Below are positions 6,917 to 16,002 of a stretch of DNA of 45,643 nucleotides, piece by piece; within the stretch, counting starts at the first letter, position 1; each line of letters opens with the position of its first letter. The stretch spans positions 1 through 45,643 of the forward strand of contig JAWLHB010000057.1 in assembly GCA_041690595.1 (NCBI GenBank), in the 5' to 3' direction. Origin of the DNA: Lentisphaeria bacterium. GTDB taxonomy: Bacteria; Verrucomicrobiota; Lentisphaeria; JABSQK01; JAWLHB01. A model generated the notes under the pieces. It was not told the DNA's origin, did no database searches, and was given only the letters and a program-made list of their open reading frames with translations. Both the position numbers and the translations under genes were made by a program.

Positions 6917-8965
6917 TCAGCCGCGCGAAGTATCTTCCAGATTGAGCCACGCGAGTTCGTCGGGGGTCAGCTTGACGTTGAGACCGAGGGCGCTGGTATA
7001 GGTCTCTTCGACGGTGCGGGGGCCGATGAGGGCGAAGGTGGGAAAGGGCTGACAGAGCACGTAGGCCATGGCTATCTGGGTAGCGGTGACGCCTTTCTCC
7101 TCGGCCAACTGGCGCGCTCGCTCGAGGCGCTCGAAGTTGGGCTGGTTGTACCAACAGCGGACCATGTCACGGTTGGAGGTGTCGTCGGGGGAATAGCGGC
7201 CGGTGAAGAAGCCCTGAGCCTGGCTGCTCCAGGCGAAGAGTGGCATTTGGCGCTCCTCATGCCAGGCTCGTGCCTCGGGAGCGGAGGCGCTGACGCAACC
7301 TTCCCAGATGGGTTCGTTCCAGCGGGCAAGGCTGAGGTTGGGGCTGTTGCAGTCGAAGCCGCGCAGTCCGTGGCCGGCGGCGTAGGCATTGGCCTCGGCA
7401 AGGCGGTCGAGTGACCAGTTGGAGGCGCCATAGGCACGGATGCGCCCCGCCCGAAGATGCTCGTTGAGGCAGTCGACAAAGGCGGAGACGGGGAGCGCGG
7501 GGTTGTCGCGGTGCATCATCCAGATGTCGACATAGTCGGTTTTGAGCCGATCGAGAGATTCCCGCAGATGGCGGTCGATCCATTCGGGGGTGCAGCGTTC
7601 TGGGGAGGGAACGGCGCCTTTGGTGATGATGACGACTTCATCGCGGTTGCCACGCAGGGCGATCCAGTTGCCGATGGCCGGTTCGCTCTTGCCGCCCATG
7701 TAGATGTAGGCGGTATCGATGCAGGTACCACCCAGCTCGACAAAGTGGTCGAGCATGGCGCAGGTGAAGGGTTGGCGTTCGGGGGAGAAGATCATGGAGC
7801 CCATGACGAGGCGGGAGATGGGTTTGCCGACACCTTCGATTTCGCCATAGGTCATGTTGTGATCGTGGCGTGGGCTCAAGGGTCGATGGGCGATGGTCTG
7901 GCTCAAGCCGATGGTGGTTTCCTGATCGAACTGGAGGCCGACCTGGGCACGCCATGTGTCGAGCGCGTGCATGTTGGACATGGTGTCCTGCCAGGTCATG
8001 GCTGGGGCGGGAACTTCGCGGGCTTCGAGATGGTCGGCCACCACGTGCAGTTGGTTGGCATAGAGGCTGGCGTCGCACGGGGCCTCGTGGACGACCTCGT
8101 CGCTGCCGGCCGGGCGGACGATGACCTTGCCGTTGCAGAACCAGGGGCTGGTGACCTCGAGGTTGCCCTTGGTGCCCCAGAGGTGGACGCGATTATCCAT
8201 GGCGATCTGGGTGCCGCAGGCGATCTGTGCCTGGATGCCGCGGTCGAAGCGGAGGATGCCGGTTGCCCACTCGTCGACGCGGCTGATCTCGCCGATGTGG
8301 GCGGTGCCGCGGATCTCGACCGGTTCGGCGGGACCATCGAGGCCGAGAGCCGCACCAGCGAGGAGGCGGGCCATGGAGAGGCCGTAGCAGCCGACGTCCA
8401 TGATGCCGCCACCGCTGAGGGCATTGCTGAGCCGGATGTTGTCGTAGTGCGGTCCCATGTTATAGGCAAAGGCAGCCTGGATCATCCGGACGTCGCCGAT
8501 GGCCCCATCGCGGATCAGATCGAAGACGAGCCTGGTCTGGGGATGGCAGCGATACATGAAGGCTTCCATGAAAAAGACATCGTGGCGGCGGACGGCTTCG
8601 AGGGCGACCATGGCCTCGGCGGCGTTGGTGGTGAAGGGCTTCTCGCAGAGGATGTGCTTGCCGGCCTCGGCGCAGAGGATGGTCCACCGCGCGTGCAACT
8701 GGTTGGGCAGGGAGATGTAGACGGCATCGACAAGCGGGTCGGCGAGGAGCGCGTCATAGCTGCCATAGTGACGTTCAGCGGCAAACTCTCTGGCGAAGGC
8801 TTCGGCCCTGGTGGCGCCGCGGCTGGCAACGGCATGAAGGAGGGCGCTGCTGGATTCATTGATTGCCTGGGCCAGTTTTCGGGCGATCATACCCGTTCCG
8901 AGAATACCCCATCTTACTGTACGCATGGTCATGGTCCTTTTGGTCAGGGTTATGATGCTGGTCAT
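6917..8965 (-). CDS. Bifunctional oxidoreductase: N-terminal Gfo/Idh/MocA NAD(P)-binding oxidoreductase fused to a C-terminal aldo/keto reductase domain
   Basis: 682-aa single ORF. N-terminal …VRWGILGTGMIARK…ILCEKPF… (Gfo/Idh/MocA Rossmann). C-terminal …DTAYIYMGGKSEPAIG…GASNWS… (AKR signature). Confidence 0.75.
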   Translation of the reverse strand: MTSIITLTKRTMTMRTVRWGILGTGMIARKLAQAINESSSALLHAVASRGATRAEAFAREFAAERHYGSYDALLADPLVDAVYISLPNQLHARWTILCAEAGKHILCEKPFTTNAAEAMVALEAVRRHDVFFMEAFMYRCHPQTRLVFDLIRDGAIGDVRMIQAAFAYNMGPHYDNIRLSNALSGGGIMDVGCYGLSMARLLAGAALGLDGPAEPVEIRGTAHIGEISRVDEWATGILRFDRGIQAQIACGTQIAMDNRVHLWGTKGNLEVTSPWFCNGKVIVRPAGSDEVVHEAPCDASLYANQLHVVADHLEAREVPAPAMTWQDTMSNMHALDTWRAQVGLQFDQETTIGLSQTIAHRPLSPRHDHNMTYGEIEGVGKPISRLVMGSMIFSPERQPFTCAMLDHFVELGGTCIDTAYIYMGGKSEPAIGNWIALRGNRDEVVIITKGAVPSPERCTPEWIDRHLRESLDRLKTDYVDIWMMHRDNPALPVSAFVDCLNEHLRAGRIRAYGASNWSLDRLAEANAYAAGHGLRGFDCNSPNLSLARWNEPIWEGCVSASAPEARAWHEERQMPLFAWSSQAQGFFTGRYSPDDTSNRDMVRCWYNQPNFERLERARQLAEEKGVTATQIAMAYVLCQPFPTFALIGPRTVEETYTSALGLNVKLTPDELAWLNLEDTSRG

Positions 8966-9040
8966 GAGTCATAAGGTATGGCGACTGCCTGCCTCTGCAA
9001 GAGCGCTTGCAGGCGCGAATGGATAAGGTATTATTAAGGC

Positions 9041-9994
9041 ATGGAATTCTATTTGAATCCAATCCTTCAAGGCTGGGACCGAACAGTCAAGCGTCTTTTC
9101 CTGTCGAAAAGCGTTCGCAAGTATGCGCTGCTTGGCGTGGTGGCGTGGCTGCTCGATATCACGGTGGGGCTGAACCTGGCAGGCCGGCTGCTCTTTCTGC
9201 ATGTCGTTGACGGCGAAGCATTGGCTCAATGGTCGCGGGACGCCGTTATTTCCAGTGACCTGAATCTGGAGGAGGCACAGCGTATCCTGCTCGGGGTGTG
9301 GGCGGAGCACGGCGGTACGATCCTGGCAGTGGCCGGTGTATTCGTGGTGATTGCGCTGATCGCGATGTGGGTATGGGCTCATGCGGAGTTTATCCTGCTG
9401 CACAACGTGATCAACGATTCGGCGGAAATCGTGAGTCCGTGGCGCGCGTATGCCTCCAAGGCCAATGCTCTCTTCATCTTCCAGGTGGTGCTCAATGTGG
9501 TGGTCCTGCTGGTGCATCTGGGGACTCTGCTGGTGGCGGGGTATGCCATCTGGTATTTCCACGACAACAGCACCCTCGCCATGACAGTGCTGCTGGGCAT
9601 CATGCTGGTCGTTCCGCTGCAGGTGCTGCTTCTTATCGTTTTCGCTTACGTTCGCGTCTTCACCTTCAGCTTTGTCCTGCCGCTGATGGTGCGCTTCGAC
9701 ATGGGCATCCTGGAGGGGTGGAGCTACTTCGGGCGTCTTTTTCGCGCCAACGTGTGGCGGTTTCTGGTATTCGGGATCTTCTATCTTGGGGTAGCCATCA
9801 TCCTGGGGGTCTTGCTCGGGATCGTCGCCATGAGTTCGGGAGTTTTTGTCACGAAGTGGTATGGTAACATTCTTCAGATTCCGTACCTGAGTGCGCTGGT
9901 CTACCTGCCGGCGGCTTACTTCTTTCGGGCTTATACACTGGACTTTCTCTCCCAGTTCGACGAGAGCTACCGGCTGCTGCCGGAGGACGAGTAG
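9041..9994 (+). CDS. Polytopic inner-membrane protein of unknown function
   Basis: 317 aa with at least 6 long hydrophobic segments. The 369-aa antisense ORF 8969..10078 is His/Gln/Arg-rich and judged spurious. Confidence 0.6.
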   Translation: MEFYLNPILQGWDRTVKRLFLSKSVRKYALLGVVAWLLDITVGLNLAGRLLFLHVVDGEALAQWSRDAVISSDLNLEEAQRILLGVWAEHGGTILAVAGVFVVIALIAMWVWAHAEFILLHNVINDSAEIVSPWRAYASKANALFIFQVVLNVVVLLVHLGTLLVAGYAIWYFHDNSTLAMTVLLGIMLVVPLQVLLLIVFAYVRVFTFSFVLPLMVRFDMGILEGWSYFGRLFRANVWRFLVFGIFYLGVAIILGVLLGIVAMSSGVFVTKWYGNILQIPYLSALVYLPAAYFFRAYTLDFLSQFDESYRLLPEDE

Positions 9995-10002
9995 GCAACC
10001 CG

Positions 10003-11097
10003 TCAGGGCGCGCGAAGGCGCACCATCTGGCGGCGGGATCCCCAGGTGCCGGGGCGATCGGCGAAGAGTCCGGGACACCGGGTTCCGCAGCGTTTGCAGG
10101 CGCCGTCAGTGGCGAGGTTCCAGGTGCTCAGCTCGTACCAGTCGCGGCCGATGAGGAGGTTGCCGCAGTTGTGGCAGAAGGTGCTGCCACCGTCATGGTC
10201 GTGGACGTTGCCGGTGTAGGGATAGCGAATGCCGTGACTGAGGGCGATGGCACGGGCGCGGGTGAGGGTGGCGGGGGGCGTCGGCGGGATGTCCTGCATC
10301 TTGTAGTCAGGATGGAAGGCGGTGAAGTGCAGGGGGATATCGGGGCCGAGGTTGTCGACGATCCAGGCGCACATCTCGTTCAATTCGCTGTCGCTGTCAT
10401 TCTTTCCGGGGATGAGGAGGGTGGTCAGTTCAATCCAGACGCTGGTCTCCTGATGGAGGTACTTGAGGGTATCGAGGACCGGCTCCAGCTGGGCGAGGCA
10501 GAGCTTCTGGTAGAAGTCGCTGGTGAAGCCCTTGAGGTCAATATTGGCGGCATCGACGTGCTGGTAGAAGTCGCGTCGGGCTTCGGGTTCGATGTAGCCG
10601 GCGGTGACGGCCACGGACTTGATGCCAAGTTCGCGGCAGGCATCGGCCGTATCCATGGCGTACTCGATGAAGATAGTGGGGTCGTTGTAGGTGAAGGCGA
10701 CGCTGGAGCAGCCGAGTCGTCTGGCGGCCTGGGCGATTTCCTCGGGAGATGCCGCATCGGCGAGGGTGTCCATCTGCCGGGACTTACTCATGTCCCAGTT
10801 CTGACAGAAGCGGCAGCCGAGATTGCATCCGGCGGTACCGAAGGAAAGGATGGGGGTGCCGGGGAGGAAGTGGTTGAGGGGCTTCTTCTCGATGGGGTCG
10901 ATGCAGTAGCCGCTGCTGCGGCCGTAGGTAGTAAGGAGCATCTGGTCGCCACGGCGCTGGCGCACAAAGCACATGCCACGCTGGTCTTCATTGAGCCGGC
11001 AGTGACGGGGACAGACATCGCACTGGATCCGGCCGTCGGGGAGCGCATGCCAATAGCCCACGGGATATTCTCTGCTGATGTCCTCTTGCGTGCTCAT
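10003..11097 (-). CDS. AmmeMemoRadiSam-system-type radical SAM enzyme (AmrS-like, PFL-activase-like)
   Basis: 364 aa. CxxxCxxC is contained in GCNLGCRFCQNW. C-terminal Cys cluster (CHNCGNL…CKRCG). Overall similarity to AmrS family members as I recall them. Confidence 0.7.
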   Translation of the reverse strand: MSTQEDISREYPVGYWHALPDGRIQCDVCPRHCRLNEDQRGMCFVRQRRGDQMLLTTYGRSSGYCIDPIEKKPLNHFLPGTPILSFGTAGCNLGCRFCQNWDMSKSRQMDTLADAASPEEIAQAARRLGCSSVAFTYNDPTIFIEYAMDTADACRELGIKSVAVTAGYIEPEARRDFYQHVDAANIDLKGFTSDFYQKLCLAQLEPVLDTLKYLHQETSVWIELTTLLIPGKNDSDSELNEMCAWIVDNLGPDIPLHFTAFHPDYKMQDIPPTPPATLTRARAIALSHGIRYPYTGNVHDHDGGSTFCHNCGNLLIGRDWYELSTWNLATDGACKRCGTRCPGLFADRPGTWGSRRQMVRLRAP

Positions 11098-11163
11098 CGG
11101 GACCGGGGGGATGGGGTGATGGCCAGACCTAGTAAGGTATGGCGAATCCCGGCAAAAGGGAAG

Positions 11164-12288
11164 TCACTCGTCGACGATGTCAGCAGCGTCCTCTGGCCCG
11201 AGGTGTGAGGTGCGCTTGAGGGAGCGAGGGTCGCCCTTCTGGAGGATGCGCAACATGTCGCCGGCCTCTGCCTTGAAGAAGGGTTGATTGAGGGGGCTCT
11301 TGGCGCGCCGGTTGATGACGGCTTCGACGAGGTTGGCGCCGTCGCACAACCAGCGGATGCCGGAGCGGTTGTTGCGCCGCAGACGGGACATCACGCGCCA
11401 GGTCTGGTCGGGTACGGTGGGGGCGTGGCTGAAGAGGAAGCCGGTGAAGTGGTGGCGCGGATTGTCGCGACCGGACTTGGCAGCCATGCGCTGAATGAAA
11501 GGGAGGCCGAAGCGGTTGATGTGGAAGTGGCACCAGTTGTCGCTCCCCATGGGGCAGGGGGCGAGGCTGGTGCAGGGGAAGTTGACCTTCCAGTCGGCGG
11601 CCATATAGGCATCGCGCAAGGGAAGGAGGCGGTGGAAATCGTCGCGGGTACCGGGCTCGATGATCGCGACGAGGGCGGCGGGGAGGCGAGTGAGGGATGC
11701 CGGGTCGGGCAGCTCGTCGAGTTCAGTGAGGGTATTGCCGATGAGGACGATGGTCTCGTCGATATGTTGCAGTTCGCAGGTCCAATCGGTTTCCTTCCAG
11801 ACAAAGGCGAGGTGGGCGAAGGGTTGCTGGCTGCGCAGGCGATCGCCGAGGCGGCTGGCGACAGCGAGGAAATCGCGGTTGCGATCGAAGCCGCGGACCT
11901 GGGTCACCCGCGGCAGCAGCTCGGGATGGCGGTCGGCGAGGTAGAGGAGTAGAGCCCAGGTGAAGGTGGCGGGTCCACAGCCCATATCGGCGATGGTGAT
12001 CTGGCTGCGCTCGGCCAATGCGGCGCGGAGGACGGAAGCGGATCGTTCGAGCATCATCCAGAGCTTGGACATGTTGATGCTCATGTAGAAGAGGGAGTAG
12101 GCGCGTACCTGTGCGTGGGAATAGGGGAAGCCGGCGCGAGCGGTGGCGGCATCGCCGATCCAGGCATCGTGGAAGGTGTTGAGCGCTTCGAGCACCGCGG
12201 GGGCGCATTCCTCACCGGCGCGCACCTGCACACCACTGAGCAGCCATTCGTAGTACCATTCGGGATAATAATCGACAGGACGTGACAT
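11164..12288 (-). CDS. Class I SAM-dependent methyltransferase (Rsm22-like)
   Basis: Motif I DMGCGPATFTWAL. The track ORF extends to 12351, but the internal ATG at 12288 has a GAGG Shine-Dalgarno and avoids overlapping the rnr start. Confidence 0.6.
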   Translation of the reverse strand: MSRPVDYYPEWYYEWLLSGVQVRAGEECAPAVLEALNTFHDAWIGDAATARAGFPYSHAQVRAYSLFYMSINMSKLWMMLERSASVLRAALAERSQITIADMGCGPATFTWALLLYLADRHPELLPRVTQVRGFDRNRDFLAVASRLGDRLRSQQPFAHLAFVWKETDWTCELQHIDETIVLIGNTLTELDELPDPASLTRLPAALVAIIEPGTRDDFHRLLPLRDAYMAADWKVNFPCTSLAPCPMGSDNWCHFHINRFGLPFIQRMAAKSGRDNPRHHFTGFLFSHAPTVPDQTWRVMSRLRRNNRSGIRWLCDGANLVEAVINRRAKSPLNQPFFKAEAGDMLRILQKGDPRSLKRTSHLGPEDAADIVDE

Positions 12289-12366
12289 GCAACCTCGTTT
12301 GTATTGCGGTTCTCTGTTCAGTACTTTACATGCAGAATACACAAGAGCCACCAGCAGGAGAAAGAA

Positions 12367-14631
12367 GTGCCCCCACCGAAATCATCGCCAGCCACGCCGA
12401 GCCGCCGAGCCATCATCGATCTGCTCAGCGCCCCCGACTACCGTCCCCTCAATGCGGAGGAGCTGCAGTCGGCCCTCAAGGTCTCCGGCGGCGATCAAGC
12501 CGCGTTGAGACAGTTGCTGAAGGATCTGGAAAAGGACGGCATCGTCGTCCAGTTGAAGCGCAAGGGCTATGCGCTGGCGCAGAGCGCGGATCTGGTGGCG
12601 GGAACGATTCGTTTCACGCGCGCCGGATCGGGCATCGTCACCGCGAGCGACGGCAGTCGCGAGGTGTACTGTCCATCGGGAGAGACGGGTACGGCGCTGC
12701 CCGATGACCGGGTGCTGGTGCGCATATCCTCGAAGCGTGAGCGGGGCCCTGGCCGGGCGAGCCTGGAAGGGACGGTCATTCGGGTTACGGAGCGGCGGCG
12801 GCGCACCATTGTGGGGGTGCTCAAGAAGATGAGCCGCATCTATTACGTGAAGCCGATGCAGGCGAGCATCACGCACGACATCGTCGTTCCGGAAACAGGC
12901 GGGGCGCAGGTGGGCGACCGGGTGCTGGTCAACCTGCTGGCGTGGGATGAGCCCAACGTCTCGCCCGAAGGGGAGATCGTGGAGGTGATCGGCGCGGCGG
13001 ACGATGCGTCGCTGGACACGCTGGCGGTTTGCCGTTCGTACAATCTTCCGGATACGTTCTCCGAGGAAGCGATCCTGGAAGCGGAAGGGATCAGCATCGA
13101 CGAAGCGGCGCTGGAAGGGCGAATGGACCTGCGGCGGAAGTTCGTGTGGACGATCGATCCGGCGACGGCGCGGGACTTCGACGATGCGTTGTCGATCGAG
13201 CGCGCGACGGGGGGGAAATGGCGGCTGGGTGTGCATATCGCGGACGTGAGCCACTATATCCCGATGGGGTCGCAGCTGGACCGCGAGGCGATCGAGCGTG
13301 GCACGAGCGTCTATTTTCCGGATCGGGTGGTGCCGATGCTGCCGGAGCAGCTTTCGAACGGGCTCTGCAGCCTGAAACCGGATGTGGACCGGCTCTGCTT
13401 TTCGGTCTTCATCACGCTGGATGACGAGGGCAACATTTGCTCGACGCGCTTTGCGCGATCGGTGATCAAGTCGCGGCTGCGCCTGACGTATCAGGAGGCG
13501 CTGGCGATTCTGGAGACGCCGGAGGGTTCCGGGTACGCTGCGATGAAGCTGAACCCTGGAATCGTGGAGAAGATCAAGCAGGTGCATGTGCTGGCGCAGA
13601 AGGTGCGGGCGAAGCGCATGCTGGATGGGGCGCTTTCGATGGACATGCCCGAGGTGAAGTTCATTCTGGGCAAGGATGGGCGGATCGCGGACGTGGAGCC
13701 GCAGGAGAACGATGTTTCGCACCAGTTGATCGAAGAGTGCATGCTGATGGCGAACGAAGCGGTCTGCCGCGAGCTTTCACGGCTGGAGATACCGCTGATC
13801 CACCGCATTCACGACAAGCCGGATCCCGAGAAGCTGGCGCAGTTGGAGGAGAGCTTCCTGATCTTTGGCTGGCACCTTGGCGACCTGAGCCAGCCGGGCA
13901 CGATCAATCGTCTGTTGACGATGATCCGGGATCTACCGGAGCCGGAGGCGTGGTTTTCGGTGGTGCTTCGCGCGATGAAGCGGGCGATGTACAGCTCGGA
14001 GCGAGTCGGTCACTATGGCCTGGCCAAGGAGTACTATTCGCACTTCACGTCGCCGATCCGGCGGTATCCGGACCTGATCGTGCACCGGATCCTGGGTGCC
14101 GTGGTGGCGGGCAAGAAGAGCCCGTACCGGAAGAAGGAGTTGACGGAGCTGGCGCAACATTGTTCGGAGCGGGAGCAGGTGGCGACGGAAGCGGAACGGG
14201 AGCTGGTGGATCTCAAGAAGATGCGGTACTTCGCGGAGCAGATCGAGTCGGGCGAGATCCAGGAGTTTCGGGCGGTGGTGATGGATGTGCGGAATTTCGG
14301 CATGTTCGTGCACATTCACCAGGTGCAGGCTTATGGGCTGGTGCACGTATCGGAGCTGTCGGACGACTTCTATGACTTCAACCCGATGGGGCTGGAACTG
14401 AAAGGACGGCGTAACGGCAAGGTCTTCCGGGTCGGTTCGGTCCTGAAGGTGATCATCGCCAAGGTAGACATGGACAAGCAGCAGCTTGACTTCCAACTGG
14501 TGGAGGTGATCGAATCCGACGGCAGCCATGGCAAGGGCGGCGGCCGACAGGATAAAGGGGGCGGTGGCCGCGGGAAGCGTGGGAAGCAGGGAAAAGGGGG
14601 CGAGAATCGTCGGCGCGGGCGGCGCCGCTGA
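12367..14631 (+). CDS. rnr: Ribonuclease R
   Basis: RNB catalytic motifs (…WTIDPATARDFDDALSIE…, HFTSPIRRYPDLIVHR). C-terminal S1 domain and a Lys/Arg/Gly-rich tail. The GTG at 12367 is preferred over the track ATG at 12304 because AGGAGA sits 8 nt upstream. Confidence 0.88.
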   Translation: MPPPKSSPATPSRRAIIDLLSAPDYRPLNAEELQSALKVSGGDQAALRQLLKDLEKDGIVVQLKRKGYALAQSADLVAGTIRFTRAGSGIVTASDGSREVYCPSGETGTALPDDRVLVRISSKRERGPGRASLEGTVIRVTERRRRTIVGVLKKMSRIYYVKPMQASITHDIVVPETGGAQVGDRVLVNLLAWDEPNVSPEGEIVEVIGAADDASLDTLAVCRSYNLPDTFSEEAILEAEGISIDEAALEGRMDLRRKFVWTIDPATARDFDDALSIERATGGKWRLGVHIADVSHYIPMGSQLDREAIERGTSVYFPDRVVPMLPEQLSNGLCSLKPDVDRLCFSVFITLDDEGNICSTRFARSVIKSRLRLTYQEALAILETPEGSGYAAMKLNPGIVEKIKQVHVLAQKVRAKRMLDGALSMDMPEVKFILGKDGRIADVEPQENDVSHQLIEECMLMANEAVCRELSRLEIPLIHRIHDKPDPEKLAQLEESFLIFGWHLGDLSQPGTINRLLTMIRDLPEPEAWFSVVLRAMKRAMYSSERVGHYGLAKEYYSHFTSPIRRYPDLIVHRILGAVVAGKKSPYRKKELTELAQHCSEREQVATEAERELVDLKKMRYFAEQIESGEIQEFRAVVMDVRNFGMFVHIHQVQAYGLVHVSELSDDFYDFNPMGLELKGRRNGKVFRVGSVLKVIIAKVDMDKQQLDFQLVEVIESDGSHGKGGGRQDKGGGGRGKRGKQGKGGENRRRGRRR

Positions 14632-14661
14632 AGCCTGTGGAGAAAGCAGGGCGGAGTCGCT

Positions 14662-15951
14662 GTGGCAAGATGGCAAAATCAGGCTACACTTAAAGGCATG
14701 GATGTATATGATATACCACGTGCCGACTGGCTGCTGCATGGCAGTTGTGTAGAGGTGTTCAAGGTAACGCCTCCGTTGTTCTGTCCCTACTTCAACAAGT
14801 GGGGCCGGCGGAGCAATCTCCTGAATGAGGGTTTCGATCACAATCCCTTTGGCAGCCACGGGGAGTTGCTGAGCGGGGCGCCGGTCATCCAGGATGCGGC
14901 CGGTTTTTTTGTGGGGTTCGTGACCGACCATGCGTGGGAGGCGTGCCGGTTCTCGTTTGACGGGCGGCGTCTGCTTCGGGTGCGGGTACCCGCTGGGCAA
15001 TCGATCATTGTGGGGCATGAGGGAGAGCTTTCGTGGCGCCGCTACAACAGCCGGATCATGGAACGGCTGCAGTGGCCGGTGGTGACGGAGCCGCCGGCGC
15101 ATTGGCTGGCGGTGGAGTATACAACCTGGGTGGAACAGCGCAGGATCAACCCAGGCCGGGCGGCGACGAAGGTGATTTCGCACCATTTCGTGATGAACTA
15201 TCTGGAGCGGCTGAAGCAGTTTTCAATGCCGGCTGGACGGTTGACCATCGGCTATGGCTGGATGCATGAGGAAGGTTCGCGCTGGCAGGCGGATCCACAG
15301 CGCTTCCCTGATTTCCGCGGCACGCTGGAAGCGATCCAAGCCGCGGGTTTCACGCCGGGGGTATCGCTGACGCCGGGGTTCTCGTCGCTGGAGGCTGGTG
15401 CGGTGGAGGATGCTGAAACCAGGCGCGAGCCATGGCTGGACCAGTTCAGCGACATGGTACGCTGGCTGGCGGACGCGGGCGTGGGGGCGATCACGCTGGA
15501 TATTCCGGGTCAGGATCGGCGGGTGATGCTGCAGCAGTACCGGACGCTGTATACAACGGTGAAGGCGCTGGCGCCGGAGATGGCGGTCGAGATTCACCAG
15601 GCGGACCTGCAGTTCTCGCGTTTCACGGACAGCGTGCGGGTGAGCGACATTGTGTGCACGAGCGATTATTCGTGGGAGGAATGGGCGCGGGCGCTTCAGG
15701 AGGTATGGTATAAGTGCGCACCCGGCCGTCCCATCAACCTTGGCCCGATCGGGGGGAGCGATCCGGGGATCGATGCGGCGAGCTTCATGGGGCACCTGGA
15801 GTTGCAGCGCATGGCCTACGGGCATCCCGGGGTTTCGATGCTGGGCGATCACTGGAGCCATCATATCGCGGAGGCGCTGAGCGAGTTTTTGGCCCAGCCA
15901 CGGCCAGCAGCCCGGATCGTATCGGATTTTTACGATCGCAGGAGCATGTAG
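14662..15951 (+). CDS. Hypothetical protein, possible TIM-barrel glycosidase-like fold (degenerate DDGW-like motif IGYGW)
   Basis: 429 aa, no signal peptide. Operonic with the downstream URO-D-like and GH95-like genes. Confidence 0.45.
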   Translation: MARWQNQATLKGMDVYDIPRADWLLHGSCVEVFKVTPPLFCPYFNKWGRRSNLLNEGFDHNPFGSHGELLSGAPVIQDAAGFFVGFVTDHAWEACRFSFDGRRLLRVRVPAGQSIIVGHEGELSWRRYNSRIMERLQWPVVTEPPAHWLAVEYTTWVEQRRINPGRAATKVISHHFVMNYLERLKQFSMPAGRLTIGYGWMHEEGSRWQADPQRFPDFRGTLEAIQAAGFTPGVSLTPGFSSLEAGAVEDAETRREPWLDQFSDMVRWLADAGVGAITLDIPGQDRRVMLQQYRTLYTTVKALAPEMAVEIHQADLQFSRFTDSVRVSDIVCTSDYSWEEWARALQEVWYKCAPGRPINLGPIGGSDPGIDAASFMGHLELQRMAYGHPGVSMLGDHWSHHIAEALSEFLAQPRPAARIVSDFYDRRSM

Positions 15952-16002
15952 CGGCGTGCAGGCAGCGAACGGAGCACTACTTGGAGAGGTGGAGGAGCAG
16001 GG

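Noticed and set aside
6771-6917. tRNA-Ala as a genomic-island integration site
   Set aside because: No integrase, no direct repeat of the tRNA 3' end, and no compositional shift downstream. The next gene is a converging housekeeping-type oxidoreductase.
8976-8988. 13-bp identical match TAAGGTATGGCGA also at 11132..11144, both just upstream of minus-strand starts
   Set aside because: For a 45-kb window about a dozen exact 13-mer coincidences are expected by chance. The flanks diverge immediately.
8969-10078. 369-aa minus-strand ORF overlapping the polytopic membrane-protein gene
   Set aside because: Its translation is His/Gln/Arg-rich with no hydrophobic structure. The plus-strand ORF has clean TM-helix periodicity, so the plus strand was preferred.
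12382-13722. 446-aa antisense ORF opposite rnr. Similar long Arg/Pro/Gln-rich antisense ORFs are 17294..19066, 20474..21640, 24095..25351, 29071..30489, 30446..31732, 33552..35318, 35221..36219, 36449..37867, 39743..40693 and 7457..8974.
   Set aside because: All of them overlap well-supported genes on the other strand and have low-complexity R/P/G/A-rich translations. That is typical of stop-codon-poor antisense frames in high-GC DNA.
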